Below are positions 54,301-63,665 of a DNA stretch of 64,000 bases, piece by piece (position 1 is the stretch's first letter; every line of letters begins with the position of its first letter). Where the stretch lies: the IMG/VR virus record IMGVR_UViG_3300047274_000223; one strand, 5' to 3'. A program made the position numbers and the translations under genes. The stretch is from a virus. The notes under the pieces were generated by a model. The model saw only the letters and a list, made by a program, of their open reading frames with translations, had not been told where the DNA came from and made no database searches.

Positions 54301-55049
54301 TTGCACAGTTGAACATTGTTGGTGAGGAGAATACAACTATTCAGACATTCTCTGAAGTTATTCTTACTGATAAATTGACAGTTCTTGGTGGTGCATCCAA
54401 CCAGTTGGAATCACTATTTGCTGGTCCAGTTACATTCCAAGGTAAGATTACTTCTGATAGTAACATTCAAGTTAAGAAACTTACCTATGCCAACCCAGAT
54501 GGTACGATTCTTAAGTCAACTTTAATGGCTCCTGATAATGGATCTGGTGCTCCAAACCTAACAGCACTAACCTATTATACAACTCCTATTGATGGAGATA
54601 TTGTATACAATACATCATGGACTCCTGGTAAGAATCTTGGTTGGATTTATTATTCATCAACCTGGTATAAGTTTGGTCTAACTAATACTGGATTTATTGA
54701 TATTGCCACATTTGGGTCAAATACCAATATGGCCTTAGGTGGAACAGCAAATACCACTTATAGACTAGATGTTACTGGTAATCAGCACATTAGTGGAGAT
54801 TTAGTTGTTGACGGTCGAGGTGGTGTTTCTGCATCTAAATATATTTTGAGAACGTATACTGGAAACGGTACTACCCAATCATTTGCTATTACTACTGGTC
54901 ATACCTCTAAGAGTGTGATGGTGTTTATTAATGGTGTATGCCAAGTTCCCGACACTAACTATACAGTTTCTGGAACTAACGTACAATTTGCATCTGGTGA
55001 TGCACCTAAGAATGGAGATATTATTCAGATTAGAGAGTTCCCCATCTAA
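51354..55049 (+). CDS. Large virion structural / tail-fibre protein with beta-helix-like region
   Basis: MSLTRLKNII...IYVNPDDFDASD...RPFKTLQRAL; C-terminal YTGNGTTQSF...VFINGVCQ. Confidence 0.75.
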   Translation: MSLTRLKNIITSRTGRIIYVNPDDFDASDAIDNRGNSALRPFKTLQRALLEVSRFSYRVGLSNDEFDAFSIYLYPSEYIIDNRPGEILYTEIPPLDENSNFDVTSPNNVLYKFNSVEGGVIVPRGCSIVGSDLRRTKIIPKYIPYPTTRASLGITSINEPSPTDIFKVTGGCYFWQFSFFDGDSTGVYYKENDATTLQPNFSHHKLTAYGFADGVNQLRDLIAEGRVKPNFDINSTIIPDLQSRTDLEIYYQKISRAFTSIPDTSGTPSQDQIQPRIEENRIVGPIADEFQVLQITRNGQTATALTVDELGNPKNHGFSVGVNINISGVTGSTGTQSELDASLYNGSFQVTSAQGNVFTYQMSDEPTGNAVGSNILVKVEIDTVDSASPYVFNISLRSVWGMNGMHADGSKATGFKSMVVAQFTGLSLQKDDRAFVRYNTATGSYDEGGQGAHLDGACRYKKGWRHCHIKASNDAFIQVVSVFAVGYGDHFFADSGADMSITNSNSNFGNTALRCKGFKAASFTKDKFGTLTHVIPPKSLSDVNEISVNYVNIDIQRTRTVANAQRLYLYGYTVETAPPPLKVQGYTVGARQDGTGVSAVADKIYCLLFSSGATTATIKSAPINPYGPSVNGATVNTAESPFKFDSNTYTIGGQQVVGGWYLQVSNTGNANQIFTALTTNTLYNNLAFTPTSFIKRVPDARVLKDRIYRLRYVVPKDSFPIPRDPITGYVIQPRSSESSSPAYDKVYYIYEIEEVQAFDRGIADGIYYLTVLCASITPSTSNFNDFKFSQNVNEVYPAFDRDNPNSDPVATVSVADNVTIGLVYGTDGAVPTPNKDTKRSITKEATQFFLAEGQNNIAWNSSAGTLGSFSLTSRLGEAETRMIPLKVDTENVMIPIPVELRRHSIQRSGNHTFEYTGFGPGNYSTAFPQTQVEVLTSDQIKLSQSLKEAAGVSFYSGLNSNGDLFIGNQVINPVTGQITSDDIAQLNIVGEENTTIQTFSEVILTDKLTVLGGASNQLESLFAGPVTFQGKITSDSNIQVKKLTYANPDGTILKSTLMAPDNGSGAPNLTALTYYTTPIDGDIVYNTSWTPGKNLGWIYYSSTWYKFGLTNTGFIDIATFGSNTNMALGGTANTTYRLDVTGNQHISGDLVVDGRGGVSASKYILRTYTGNGTTQSFAITTGHTSKSVMVFINGVCQVPDTNYTVSGTNVQFASGDAPKNGDIIQIREFPI

Positions 55050-55077
55050 TAAATACTAAAGGAGCAGTCATAGAACT

Positions 55078-56007
55078 ATGGCATTACAACAGATTAACGG
55101 TAATCAGATATCTGATTTAACCGATGCCACTATTACATCGTTGAGGTTTAAGAATACTAATAGTGTTCTACAACTCCCTACAGGAACTGAGGCTCAAAGA
55201 CCTAGTGGTGTTGCTTACGGTACAATGCGTTTCAACACTACTCAGGATAAAGTTGAAGTTTATGTGACCAACTCTAACGGACAGGGTGCCGATGGATGGA
55301 CACTTGTGGGTGCTGGGGGACCTCACGTTGGTAATAAAGATACTTCATATATTAGAACCAATAGTGCCAGCATTGATGAAAACATTACTATTGGTCCAGT
55401 TGCTAATGGTGGTAACCAGTTCACAAATGCTATGGTTGCTGGCCCAGTTGAAATTGCCAGTGGATACACGGTAACAGTTGAGAGTGGAGCGGCTTTTTAT
55501 GTTATTGGTGAAGATGCTGACAATGCTGCATATGAAAATGTTAATGTATATGGAATTTTATCTGTTCCTGGTAGATTAGATATTACCTCAACCAGAGAGC
55601 ACATGCACACCTACAGAGTAGGTTTACAAGATACTATGCTGAATATTGATTACAATAATCATAATATTATCTACGTCAATAACGTATCCCAAAATTTTAA
55701 TATTAATGTTCTGAACTTGCCAACAGCATCTATTGGTACTGGTGGAACTGATGCTAATAAAGCATATGGTTTTACTATTATGTACTACAATAGTAACCCA
55801 GCATATAGACCAACTGGAACAATCTACGTGAATGGAAGTTCTATTGGAAATGCCAGATGGTCTGGAGGATCTCCCCCATCTACACTCGCAACTTCTAGAG
55901 AAGTAACAGTGGGTCTTTCTATTGTTAGAGTAACGGAAGTCACAAACGATACTGGAGGAACTAGTACAGTTTGGAAAGCGTATATACAATTTACTGAGTT
56001 TGCATAA
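55078..56007 (+). CDS. Tail-fibre-associated protein
   Basis: LQLPTGTEAQRP...GTMRFNTT motif; TAAATA at 55050-55055. Confidence 0.65.
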   Translation: MALQQINGNQISDLTDATITSLRFKNTNSVLQLPTGTEAQRPSGVAYGTMRFNTTQDKVEVYVTNSNGQGADGWTLVGAGGPHVGNKDTSYIRTNSASIDENITIGPVANGGNQFTNAMVAGPVEIASGYTVTVESGAAFYVIGEDADNAAYENVNVYGILSVPGRLDITSTREHMHTYRVGLQDTMLNIDYNNHNIIYVNNVSQNFNINVLNLPTASIGTGGTDANKAYGFTIMYYNSNPAYRPTGTIYVNGSSIGNARWSGGSPPSTLATSREVTVGLSIVRVTEVTNDTGGTSTVWKAYIQFTEFA

Positions 56008-56011
56008 AACT

Positions 56012-56941
56012 ATGGCTCTTATTTCTAGATTAATCTCTAAATTTACTCCTATTGTTGGACCACTCGGAGGCAAAGCGAAGGCATTTGTTCCAACTTCTGC
56101 CTCTGGTGGATCTGTATTCGATCAAACTGATGGTGGAATTAATTACAGACACCATGCATTTGGATATACTGGAGGTAATCAAACTTTCAGTATATCTACA
56201 ATGGGTACTTACAATCAGATTGAAATTTTCTGTTGGGGTGCTGCAGGTGGAGCAGGTGGACAAAGTGGAAATACTGGCGGCGCTGGTGGATATGCTTATA
56301 AATCCATTACCTTAACTGAAGGAGCATCGTATTCATATACTGTCTCTGTCGGTGGCGGTGGAGGAAATGGTGCGGGATGCTATGGATGTTGGGGTGGCGG
56401 AGGAAGAGGAACCGGCCCTAATGGTGGATATGGGGGTAATGGTACACACGCATCTTGCTCGGGATGTTCTGCTGGTGGCGGTGGTGGTGGTGCCGCTAGT
56501 GGTTTCTTTGGTGGAGGTCCTGGTCAAAGCGGTGCTTGGTGCATGGCTGGAGGTGGCGGCGGTGGCGGCGGTGCCGAAGGTGGCGGTGCTGGCCATGGCG
56601 GTGCAGGTGGTCAAGGTGGTTATGGTGGTTCTTGTGGTGCTGGTGGCGGCGGCATGGGCAATAGAACTAATGATATGAACGGATCCGAATGTGGTAGAAA
56701 TGGTAATGATTGCTCTGGCGGCGGAGGTGGCGGCGGAGGTTATTGGGCTGGCAGTTGTGGGGGCAATCCTGGATGCGATCAGCAGGGCGCTGGAGGAGGA
56801 GGAGGAGGAGATAACTATGGTGATGTAACTGCTGCAGGAAGTGCTCAGCAACCTGGAAATTCTGGACATTACCTAAGATCTGGGGCTGGACAACCTAATG
56901 GTGGATCTGGTAGAATAGTTGTACGTTATAGGTGGTCGTAA
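56012..56941 (+). CDS. Gly/Cys-rich protein, probably virion-associated
   Basis: IFCWGAAGGAGG start of Gly-rich domain; ends GGSGRIVVRY. Confidence 0.7.
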   Translation: MALISRLISKFTPIVGPLGGKAKAFVPTSASGGSVFDQTDGGINYRHHAFGYTGGNQTFSISTMGTYNQIEIFCWGAAGGAGGQSGNTGGAGGYAYKSITLTEGASYSYTVSVGGGGGNGAGCYGCWGGGGRGTGPNGGYGGNGTHASCSGCSAGGGGGGAASGFFGGGPGQSGAWCMAGGGGGGGGAEGGGAGHGGAGGQGGYGGSCGAGGGGMGNRTNDMNGSECGRNGNDCSGGGGGGGGYWAGSCGGNPGCDQQGAGGGGGGDNYGDVTAAGSAQQPGNSGHYLRSGAGQPNGGSGRIVVRYRWS

Positions 56942-57423
56942 TGGCAATAGATAGTAGAGAAGGATTAGAACTTCCTATTCCCTTAGGAAATCTACAATGT
57001 GTTATTGATATTGGTCGAAAGACAGTTACTTTCGATACAAATGATCTGTATGTTCCAGATATCCATTTGTTTTTTGGATTTAGGAATAATGGTGAACAAA
57101 AGACAACATTTACCGATATGAAGTTTGGGTATGATCTTTCAATTCTTCTTGGTGATGGTGTGTCTCAATTTGTAACTTCGGATACTCTTCCTGGTTATAT
57201 TGAGACTGATGCTGAATACTCTGAGCACAAAACTCTACAATTACAACCAGAAAAATCTTACGGTCTTTCTGTGTGGTGCATTAATAATGGAGAAAGATTT
57301 GCTGCACAAACTACATTTAGAGTTGATAAGTGGCAAAAATATTATCCAGAAGGAATTGATGTTCCTAAGCCTGGGACTCCTGAGTATGGTAGAATTAATG
57401 TTGCAGATCCTTGGTGGATCTAA
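56941..57423 (+). CDS. Hypothetical protein
   Basis: TAATG-coupled start MAIDSREG. Confidence 0.7.
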   Translation: MAIDSREGLELPIPLGNLQCVIDIGRKTVTFDTNDLYVPDIHLFFGFRNNGEQKTTFTDMKFGYDLSILLGDGVSQFVTSDTLPGYIETDAEYSEHKTLQLQPEKSYGLSVWCINNGERFAAQTTFRVDKWQKYYPEGIDVPKPGTPEYGRINVADPWWI

Positions 57424-57466
57424 GTATATAAATAGAAAGAGAAAATAATCACCTAAGAAGAATCTC

Positions 57467-58267
57467 ATGAGTACTTTAAAAGTCGCTGCTATTAAAGATT
57501 TAGGTAATGCTGGAGGTTTTACTCTTAGTTCTGGTGCTGTAACTGCTAATGGTACTTTAACTGTTTCAAATATTGTTATTAACGGCACTGTAACTGGAAA
57601 CAGCAAACAGTATTTACCATCGCAATCTGGCCAGGCAGGAAAAATTTTATATTCCAATGGCACAGATGCTTATTGGGGTACTGCTCCATCAACAGATAAC
57701 ATTACTAGTATGCAAGTTTTCACTGGAAGTGGAACTTGGACAAAACCAACTGGCGTTAGATTTATTAAAGTTCAAGTAGTTGGTGGAGGTGGTGGTGGAT
57801 CTGGGCACGGTGAATCGGGCGGCGCTGGAGGATATTCCGAAAGAGTAATCGATGTGCAATCGGTTACATCTGTTTCAGTCACTATTGCTGGTGAAGTAAA
57901 TGGAACTTATTATTCTGGTGCTGGTGATAATGGAAATGGTAGTTCTTTTGGATCATATTGTTCTGCCTCTGGTGGATATGGTGCAAATAGAAATAACCAA
58001 CACTCTGGTGGACTAGGTGGTGTTGGATCTGGTGGAAATCTAAATATCTATGGCGGCGGTGGTCAATCACACCACAACTATTCTTCTGTTGGTGGATCTT
58101 CTTTCTTTGGAGGTGCTGTAGCAGCAGGACACCCACAAGGCGGTAATTTCAGTCACAACCACCAATCCCACTCAGCTCCTGGATCTGGTGGATCTGGTGG
58201 ATATTTTAACAGTCACAGAGGATCAAATGGTCGTCCTGGAATGGTTGTCGTAACACATTATAAGTAA
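57467..58267 (+). CDS. Gly-rich tail-fibre-like protein, paralog A
   Basis: MSTLKV; LPSQSGQAGKIL; FTGSGTWTKPTGV..IKVQVVGGGGGG; TAAATA at 57429-57434. Confidence 0.75.
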   Translation: MSTLKVAAIKDLGNAGGFTLSSGAVTANGTLTVSNIVINGTVTGNSKQYLPSQSGQAGKILYSNGTDAYWGTAPSTDNITSMQVFTGSGTWTKPTGVRFIKVQVVGGGGGGSGHGESGGAGGYSERVIDVQSVTSVSVTIAGEVNGTYYSGAGDNGNGSSFGSYCSASGGYGANRNNQHSGGLGGVGSGGNLNIYGGGGQSHHNYSSVGGSSFFGGAVAAGHPQGGNFSHNHQSHSAPGSGGSGGYFNSHRGSNGRPGMVVVTHYK

Positions 58268-58815
58268 AGAAATATGAGTACTTTAAAAGTAACAAACGTA
58301 AGAGATTTTACAGGAACTTCAGGATTCACTCTATCTTCTGGTTCAATTACTGGTACTGGAAGATTAGTTGTTAATAATCTTGTGGTCAATGGTACAATTA
58401 GTGGATCTACAACTTCATTCCTTCCCAGTCAATCTGGTCAAAACGGTAGGGTTTTGGGTACTAATGGAACATCTCCTCTTTGGCAAAACGCTGCACAAGT
58501 TGGAAACTTGCAGAGTATGAATGTCTTCACTTCTAGTGGAACCTGGACAAAACCAACTGGTGTTAGATATGTTCATGTCCAAGTAATTGGAGGCGGCGGG
58601 GGAGGATCTGGACATGGTGAATCAGGCGGATCTGGGGGATATTCCGAAAGAGTAATTGATGTTTCTGGAGTATCATCAGTCTCTGTATCTGTTTCTGGAG
58701 AAGTAAACGGAACTTATTACAGATCTGCTGGTGATAATGGTGGTTCTTCCTCTTTTGGATCATATTGTTCTGCCTCTGGTGGATATGGTGCAAATAGAAA
58801 TAACCAACACTCTGG
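57944..58815 (+). repeat. 65-nt exact direct repeat at 57944-58008 and 58751-58815
   Basis: tcttttggatcatattgttctgcctctggtggatatggtgcaaatagaaataaccaacactctgg in both paralogs. Confidence 0.9.
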
Positions 58816-59077
58816 AGGTCTTGCAGGTGTTGGATCTGGTGGAAACCTAAACATTTATGGCGGCGGTGGAGAATCTCACCATGCTAGAGGTGGGAATAAC
58901 GGTTCTAATTCATTTTTAGGTGGTGGCGTTGCTGGAGGATGGCCTCAGGGAGGAAACTTTAGTCATAACCACCAAACACATTCTCCACCAGGAACAGGCG
59001 GAGGAGGAGCACATTATCATAACTTCCGTGGTTCCAATGGTCGCCCAGGAATGGTTATCGTCACTAATTATCTTTAA
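58274..59077 (+). CDS. Gly-rich tail-fibre-like protein, paralog B
   Basis: Colinear with paralog A throughout. Confidence 0.75.
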   Translation: MSTLKVTNVRDFTGTSGFTLSSGSITGTGRLVVNNLVVNGTISGSTTSFLPSQSGQNGRVLGTNGTSPLWQNAAQVGNLQSMNVFTSSGTWTKPTGVRYVHVQVIGGGGGGSGHGESGGSGGYSERVIDVSGVSSVSVSVSGEVNGTYYRSAGDNGGSSSFGSYCSASGGYGANRNNQHSGGLAGVGSGGNLNIYGGGGESHHARGGNNGSNSFLGGGVAGGWPQGGNFSHNHQTHSPPGTGGGGAHYHNFRGSNGRPGMVIVTNYL

Positions 59078-59113
59078 ACTTATAAATACATTTTGTAGGG
59101 AGATTTTCAAGCA

Positions 59114-59602
59114 ATGAAAAAAGTTTTGATGTCAATTCAAGGTTATATTCACCAGATTGTAGATCCTGGTGAAGACTTTGAAATCTATGATGGACCTGAT
59201 GCTACTATTCAATGGGTAGACGCTCCAGATGACGTTCAATTAGAATGGACTTTGGAATGGTCTCCTGAAGCCAATCAGATGGTTTGGGTAAAGAGAGAGC
59301 AAACATATACAGATCCTGGTATGGCAAGGAAAGTTGCTTATGGTGATGTTGGTGAGCAACTTGATATGATGTATAAAGATGCTCTAGATGGTGGAACTCG
59401 CTGGGTTGATCACATTCGATCAGTAAAAGAATCTCTTCCTCCCCCACCACCACAGGAAGAACCAATGACTCTCGAACAGTTAATGGATTTCTCTGCTAAT
59501 GCTGAACCAGCCGTTGATAAACCAGTAGGTATTTCCACTCCAGATCTTCCTGCTTGGAAGCGTTATCCTGGTTGGAAAGGTTACGAAACTCCTACAGTCT
59601 AA
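59114..59602 (+). CDS. Hypothetical protein, possibly fibre-associated chaperone
   Basis: RKVAYGDVGEQLDMMY...WVDHI..VK; TAAATA at 59083-59088. Confidence 0.65.
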   Translation: MKKVLMSIQGYIHQIVDPGEDFEIYDGPDATIQWVDAPDDVQLEWTLEWSPEANQMVWVKREQTYTDPGMARKVAYGDVGEQLDMMYKDALDGGTRWVDHIRSVKESLPPPPPQEEPMTLEQLMDFSANAEPAVDKPVGISTPDLPAWKRYPGWKGYETPTV

Positions 59603-59642
59603 AACAATTGTCCCTAAACTCTAAATTTATTTTATACCGATT

Positions 59643-61262
59643 ATGAGTAAAATTGAAAGTGTGATCATTATTGGCGGCGGATCGTCTGGTTGGATGACCG
59701 CCGCTGCACTTAGTAAACTTTGTCCACATTTGGAAATTGGACTAATTGAATCCAAAAATGTTAAGACTGTTGGTGTCGGAGAATCTACATTAGGACACAT
59801 CAATAGATATCTTGAACTTTTGGAATTGAAAGATGAAGATTGGATGGCTGCATGTAATGCAACCTATAAGAATTCGATTCGATTTACTAATTTTCGGGAA
59901 AATGATGGTACTCATTTTGAGTATCCTTTCGGTCCTAGGTTTGATTTAACGGATAAATCAAACGGATTGGATACTTGGTCTCTAATTAAACTTCTGGATG
60001 ATTCATATGGACCAGAAACTTTTGCTGAGATGTACAATAGTAACACTTTCTTAGCAAAATATAATAAGCAAAGTCGTAATCTTGATGGTAAGATTAGAAA
60101 TTATAGTTTTACATATGATACTGCATATCATATGGATGCGGAACTATTTGGGCAGTACTTGAAAGAAAATATTGCACTACCAAATGGCGTAAAGCATTAT
60201 TATGGAGATATTACTGGATTTAAGCATATATCTGCTAATGATCTAACGATTGAATATCTCGTCATGGATGAAGTTAATATGGTCTCTGCGGATCTTTATA
60301 TTGATTGTACTGGATTCAAATCTTTGTTACTTGAGCAATATCAAGGGGTTCCTTTTATTCCTTTCGGAAATAAACTTGCTAATGATAGTGCGTGGGCTTG
60401 TAGAATTCCTTATGTTGATCGTGAAAAAGAAATGCATAATGTTACAGACTGTCATGCACTAGATAATGGTTGGGTATGGAATATTCCACTTTGGAATCGT
60501 ATTGGTACTGGTTATGTTTATTCTTCTAGATTTATTAATAAAGAAGATGCACAGAAAGAGTTTAGAGCGCATCTATCAAAGACTGATCCCGAGAGGGCAG
60601 AAAATGCTGAAATGTTTCACATCAATATCCGACATGGAAAACATGAAAAGGCCTGGGTAAGAAATGTTTGTGCTGTTGGATTATCATATGGTTTTGTTGA
60701 ACCTTTAGAGTCAACTGGACTCTTGACAACTCACGAGAATATCATTAAACTGGTAGAGGTTCTAAATCGAAGAGAAGGGTACGTATGTAGGTCGGAAATT
60801 GACGCATTTAATTATGCGGTAGATTATGAAGTTCAATCTTTTGTCGATTTTGTTTCCATGCACTATGCATTTTCAATGAGAGAAGATACTCCATATTGGA
60901 GATGGTGTACACAAATTAATGAATATGATCCATTAATGTCTAGAGATACATTAAATAAACATTCGACCTATCAAACATTTTTATGCTCATCTACCGTAAA
61001 TAATACCTGGTTACCTGAATACCAAGGAGTTCTTTATATTGCTGCTGGTATGGGAATGTCATCAATTTCATCTTTACCTGTAATGAAACAAAATACAGAA
61101 CGATTTGACATTGATCTCATTCAAGATTCCAAGAAAAAATATGAACAGTATCGAGATTGGATTATTGATTATGTAAAAACTCTGCCATCACATTATGAGT
61201 TTTTACGCGACGAAATTTATGGAGGAGTTGACGAGTATGTTCAAGAAGAAAAGCTGGATTAG
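59643..61262 (+). CDS. Flavin-dependent (tryptophan-type) halogenase
   Basis: GGGSSG, GVGEST, ATYK, DCTGF, WVWNIP, FVEPLESTG. Confidence 0.92.
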   Translation: MSKIESVIIIGGGSSGWMTAAALSKLCPHLEIGLIESKNVKTVGVGESTLGHINRYLELLELKDEDWMAACNATYKNSIRFTNFRENDGTHFEYPFGPRFDLTDKSNGLDTWSLIKLLDDSYGPETFAEMYNSNTFLAKYNKQSRNLDGKIRNYSFTYDTAYHMDAELFGQYLKENIALPNGVKHYYGDITGFKHISANDLTIEYLVMDEVNMVSADLYIDCTGFKSLLLEQYQGVPFIPFGNKLANDSAWACRIPYVDREKEMHNVTDCHALDNGWVWNIPLWNRIGTGYVYSSRFINKEDAQKEFRAHLSKTDPERAENAEMFHINIRHGKHEKAWVRNVCAVGLSYGFVEPLESTGLLTTHENIIKLVEVLNRREGYVCRSEIDAFNYAVDYEVQSFVDFVSMHYAFSMREDTPYWRWCTQINEYDPLMSRDTLNKHSTYQTFLCSSTVNNTWLPEYQGVLYIAAGMGMSSISSLPVMKQNTERFDIDLIQDSKKKYEQYRDWIIDYVKTLPSHYEFLRDEIYGGVDEYVQEEKLD

Positions 61263-62022
61263 ATTCTATTCTTTAGAACCAGCAGTTACTGATATTTATC
61301 CAGTTATTCCCGCATCAAAGTTAAATCGAGATTGGGTACAAAAAGAAAAGAAAAAATCAAAATGTCCTGTAAGTGGATTTTTATCCTCCTCAAATTGCCC
61401 AGGAATAACTAATATAATGTCTGCTGGATATATTGTAACTGCTCCAGCAGATTTTATTATCAGAACAAATGGAGATGGATTAAATTTTTCATGGGAAACT
61501 CCATACTTGTTTAATTTCACTCAAGATGGAACTCAGAGATCATACATCAATAAACATGACGAATCACAGGTCAAACCATTGCTAGATAATCAATCGAAGA
61601 CCTTAAAAGAAGTTGTTAAAATTGAAACTCCATGGAGAGTTAAATCTTCTGATGATGTGGTTCTACTACAACTTCCAGTTACTTACAACAACGAAAGTAG
61701 ATTTACTGCTGCTACAGGTATTTTAGATCCTAAGTATGGACATGTTGTAAATTGTCAATTGTTTTGGCATGTATTAGAAGGAGAAACCTATGTTAAAGCT
61801 GGAACTCCTCTTGTTCAGTATATTCCAATGAGCAGAAGATATTTACATCTAAATAATTTTGATACTATTATCGATAGTGCTGGCCAGATTGAATGGGATC
61901 TTGAACATTCCTTTGACTATGCAAATCGGTGTAATATTATCAGAGAAGACTCTGTTCAGTCACGTCTAAATAGAGTCATGCAAGTTTTTAATCGCTACAA
62001 AAATAAAGGAGCAAAGTTATGA
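61237..62022 (+). CDS. Hypothetical protein
   Basis: Start at MFKKKSWIRF; CPGI...GYIV.AP, VKIETPW, AGTPLVQYIP. Confidence 0.7.
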   Translation: MFKKKSWIRFYSLEPAVTDIYPVIPASKLNRDWVQKEKKKSKCPVSGFLSSSNCPGITNIMSAGYIVTAPADFIIRTNGDGLNFSWETPYLFNFTQDGTQRSYINKHDESQVKPLLDNQSKTLKEVVKIETPWRVKSSDDVVLLQLPVTYNNESRFTAATGILDPKYGHVVNCQLFWHVLEGETYVKAGTPLVQYIPMSRRYLHLNNFDTIIDSAGQIEWDLEHSFDYANRCNIIREDSVQSRLNRVMQVFNRYKNKGAKL

Positions 62023-62240
62023 CTATTGATGAATTGATTGAGAATTTTAAGGGACAGCAAGCAATGGCTGAAGAAGAAAAGCAAAAACTAGAAGAAGAAT
62101 TTGCTGATACTAAAATGAATCCTTATGGTATTACTACCATTGACTTCAGTAAAAGACAAGAAAAGTATGAATTGATTATCAAACTTCAAGGAGCGATTGA
62201 AGGTCTTGAATTGGCAAAACAGGAGTGTGGTCTTGGATGA
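62019..62240 (+). CDS. Small coiled-coil hypothetical protein
   Basis: KLQGAIEGLEL motif. Confidence 0.7.
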   Translation: MTIDELIENFKGQQAMAEEEKQKLEEEFADTKMNPYGITTIDFSKRQEKYELIIKLQGAIEGLELAKQECGLG

Positions 62241-62893
62241 ATTTGTTTGACTTTGATGGTGAAGGTATTAATCCCTGGCACCCATTCATTTATAAGTTTC
62301 ATTATGATTTCACACCAATCTTACCTGAAATACGAGAGTGTTATGATAAATTGATGAATCACTGGGCTACTGATACTGATCTCAGTCCAGTTGAGTCTGG
62401 TGATGGACATTCTACAGTTAGGGTTGGTGTTTATGATGCAAATATGCAACCACATTTGCAACCATTTATGGATCCGTTTCATGCTTGGTTAGGACCTAGA
62501 ATTGGAATGGTATGGGAGAAAATGGGATGGATGGGTGCAAATAGTGAAGTATCTAAATCCTGGTTCAATCGACACAATAAGGGAGCAAAAACACTAGAAC
62601 ATACTCATAATGGTGCTGAACTAATAGTTGCATCTTATATTAGTATTCAACCCAAGCAAGGATACATTCAATTTAGAGATCCGTTGGAGTACCATAAAAC
62701 TTGTTTTCCATACAATGTTGAAAAAGAACTTTGGAAAACTATAGAAACTGTTACTGGGGATGTTCTAATGTTTCCTGGTTGGTTAAATCATAGAACTGAA
62801 GAGAATGAAGTTGGTGGAGAACGTATATGTATGACTTACAATATTAACGTTAGATTATTTAAAGCTGATGTCGAAAACAAATTTCGAATTTAA
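62237..62893 (+). CDS. 2OG-Fe(II) oxygenase superfamily protein
   Basis: SWFN...LEHTH...GDVLMFPGWLNHRT...RICMTYN. Confidence 0.8.
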   Translation: MNLFDFDGEGINPWHPFIYKFHYDFTPILPEIRECYDKLMNHWATDTDLSPVESGDGHSTVRVGVYDANMQPHLQPFMDPFHAWLGPRIGMVWEKMGWMGANSEVSKSWFNRHNKGAKTLEHTHNGAELIVASYISIQPKQGYIQFRDPLEYHKTCFPYNVEKELWKTIETVTGDVLMFPGWLNHRTEENEVGGERICMTYNINVRLFKADVENKFRI

Positions 62894-63665
62894 ACGTTGT
62901 TATCCAGATGCAAATGAGTTTAAAGATGTAATAAAAGTTAAATCTTTAGATGATTGGGGCATTGAGTATATACAACTCTCCGATACGATTGGGTACTGGA
63001 TGGCAGAGAATCCATTCTATGAGAATGGGTTTGAGTTATATAAACAATTAGTATCGAATTTTCCAATTGTTAAAGATACAAATAAACCTAATTGTACTGA
63101 TGCCAATCCATTTGCATCTATACATCTACCAGAATGGTGTTGTATAGATGTTTTTCTTTTAATGAAATCTTATTTTGATAGGATATTTCCATCATATATG
63201 CATATACAGTTTAGTGAATGGGGCAATTTATATTTTAAAGATGAAGCAAGGCCGTACGACTATTTTAGATTACCCCATTGTGATGGTCCAAACGGAGTAG
63301 TTTCTAATCTATGGTTTACCGATCACCCAGAAGATGAATCTGGAACTATTCTATATCAATACCATGGAAAGATTATTAAAGGTCCAGATAAAAAATTATA
63401 CTTTGATTATCAGTGTGATAAAGATCATCCACTATTTGAAGAATGTAAGAATTTGTCATTAAACAAGAAACGATTAGAACACTGGAATCCTTTAACTATT
63501 GAAGAGGAAGAGTACTGGGGATTTGAGAGGCTTGGTATCGCACCAAGTAAAAATGGTATGATGACCCTGTATAATACAGAAGTTCCACATTCTCCTTTTA
63601 TTTCTACTCAATGTGAGTTTAGGTGGTCTCATGCATATTCAATTAATTACGAACCATTTTTATGA
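62868..63665 (+). CDS. Putative 2OG-Fe(II) oxygenase-like protein
   Basis: LPHCDG, SGTILY, LYNTEVPHSP. Confidence 0.6.
   Translation: MSKTNFEFKRCYPDANEFKDVIKVKSLDDWGIEYIQLSDTIGYWMAENPFYENGFELYKQLVSNFPIVKDTNKPNCTDANPFASIHLPEWCCIDVFLLMKSYFDRIFPSYMHIQFSEWGNLYFKDEARPYDYFRLPHCDGPNGVVSNLWFTDHPEDESGTILYQYHGKIIKGPDKKLYFDYQCDKDHPLFEECKNLSLNKKRLEHWNPLTIEEEEYWGFERLGIAPSKNGMMTLYNTEVPHSPFISTQCEFRWSHAYSINYEPFL

Noticed and set aside
56333-56869. 178-aa minus-strand Ser/Thr/Ala-rich ORF and GGA/GGC microsatellite-like runs
   Set aside because: Both arise from poly-Gly codons of the plus-strand gene
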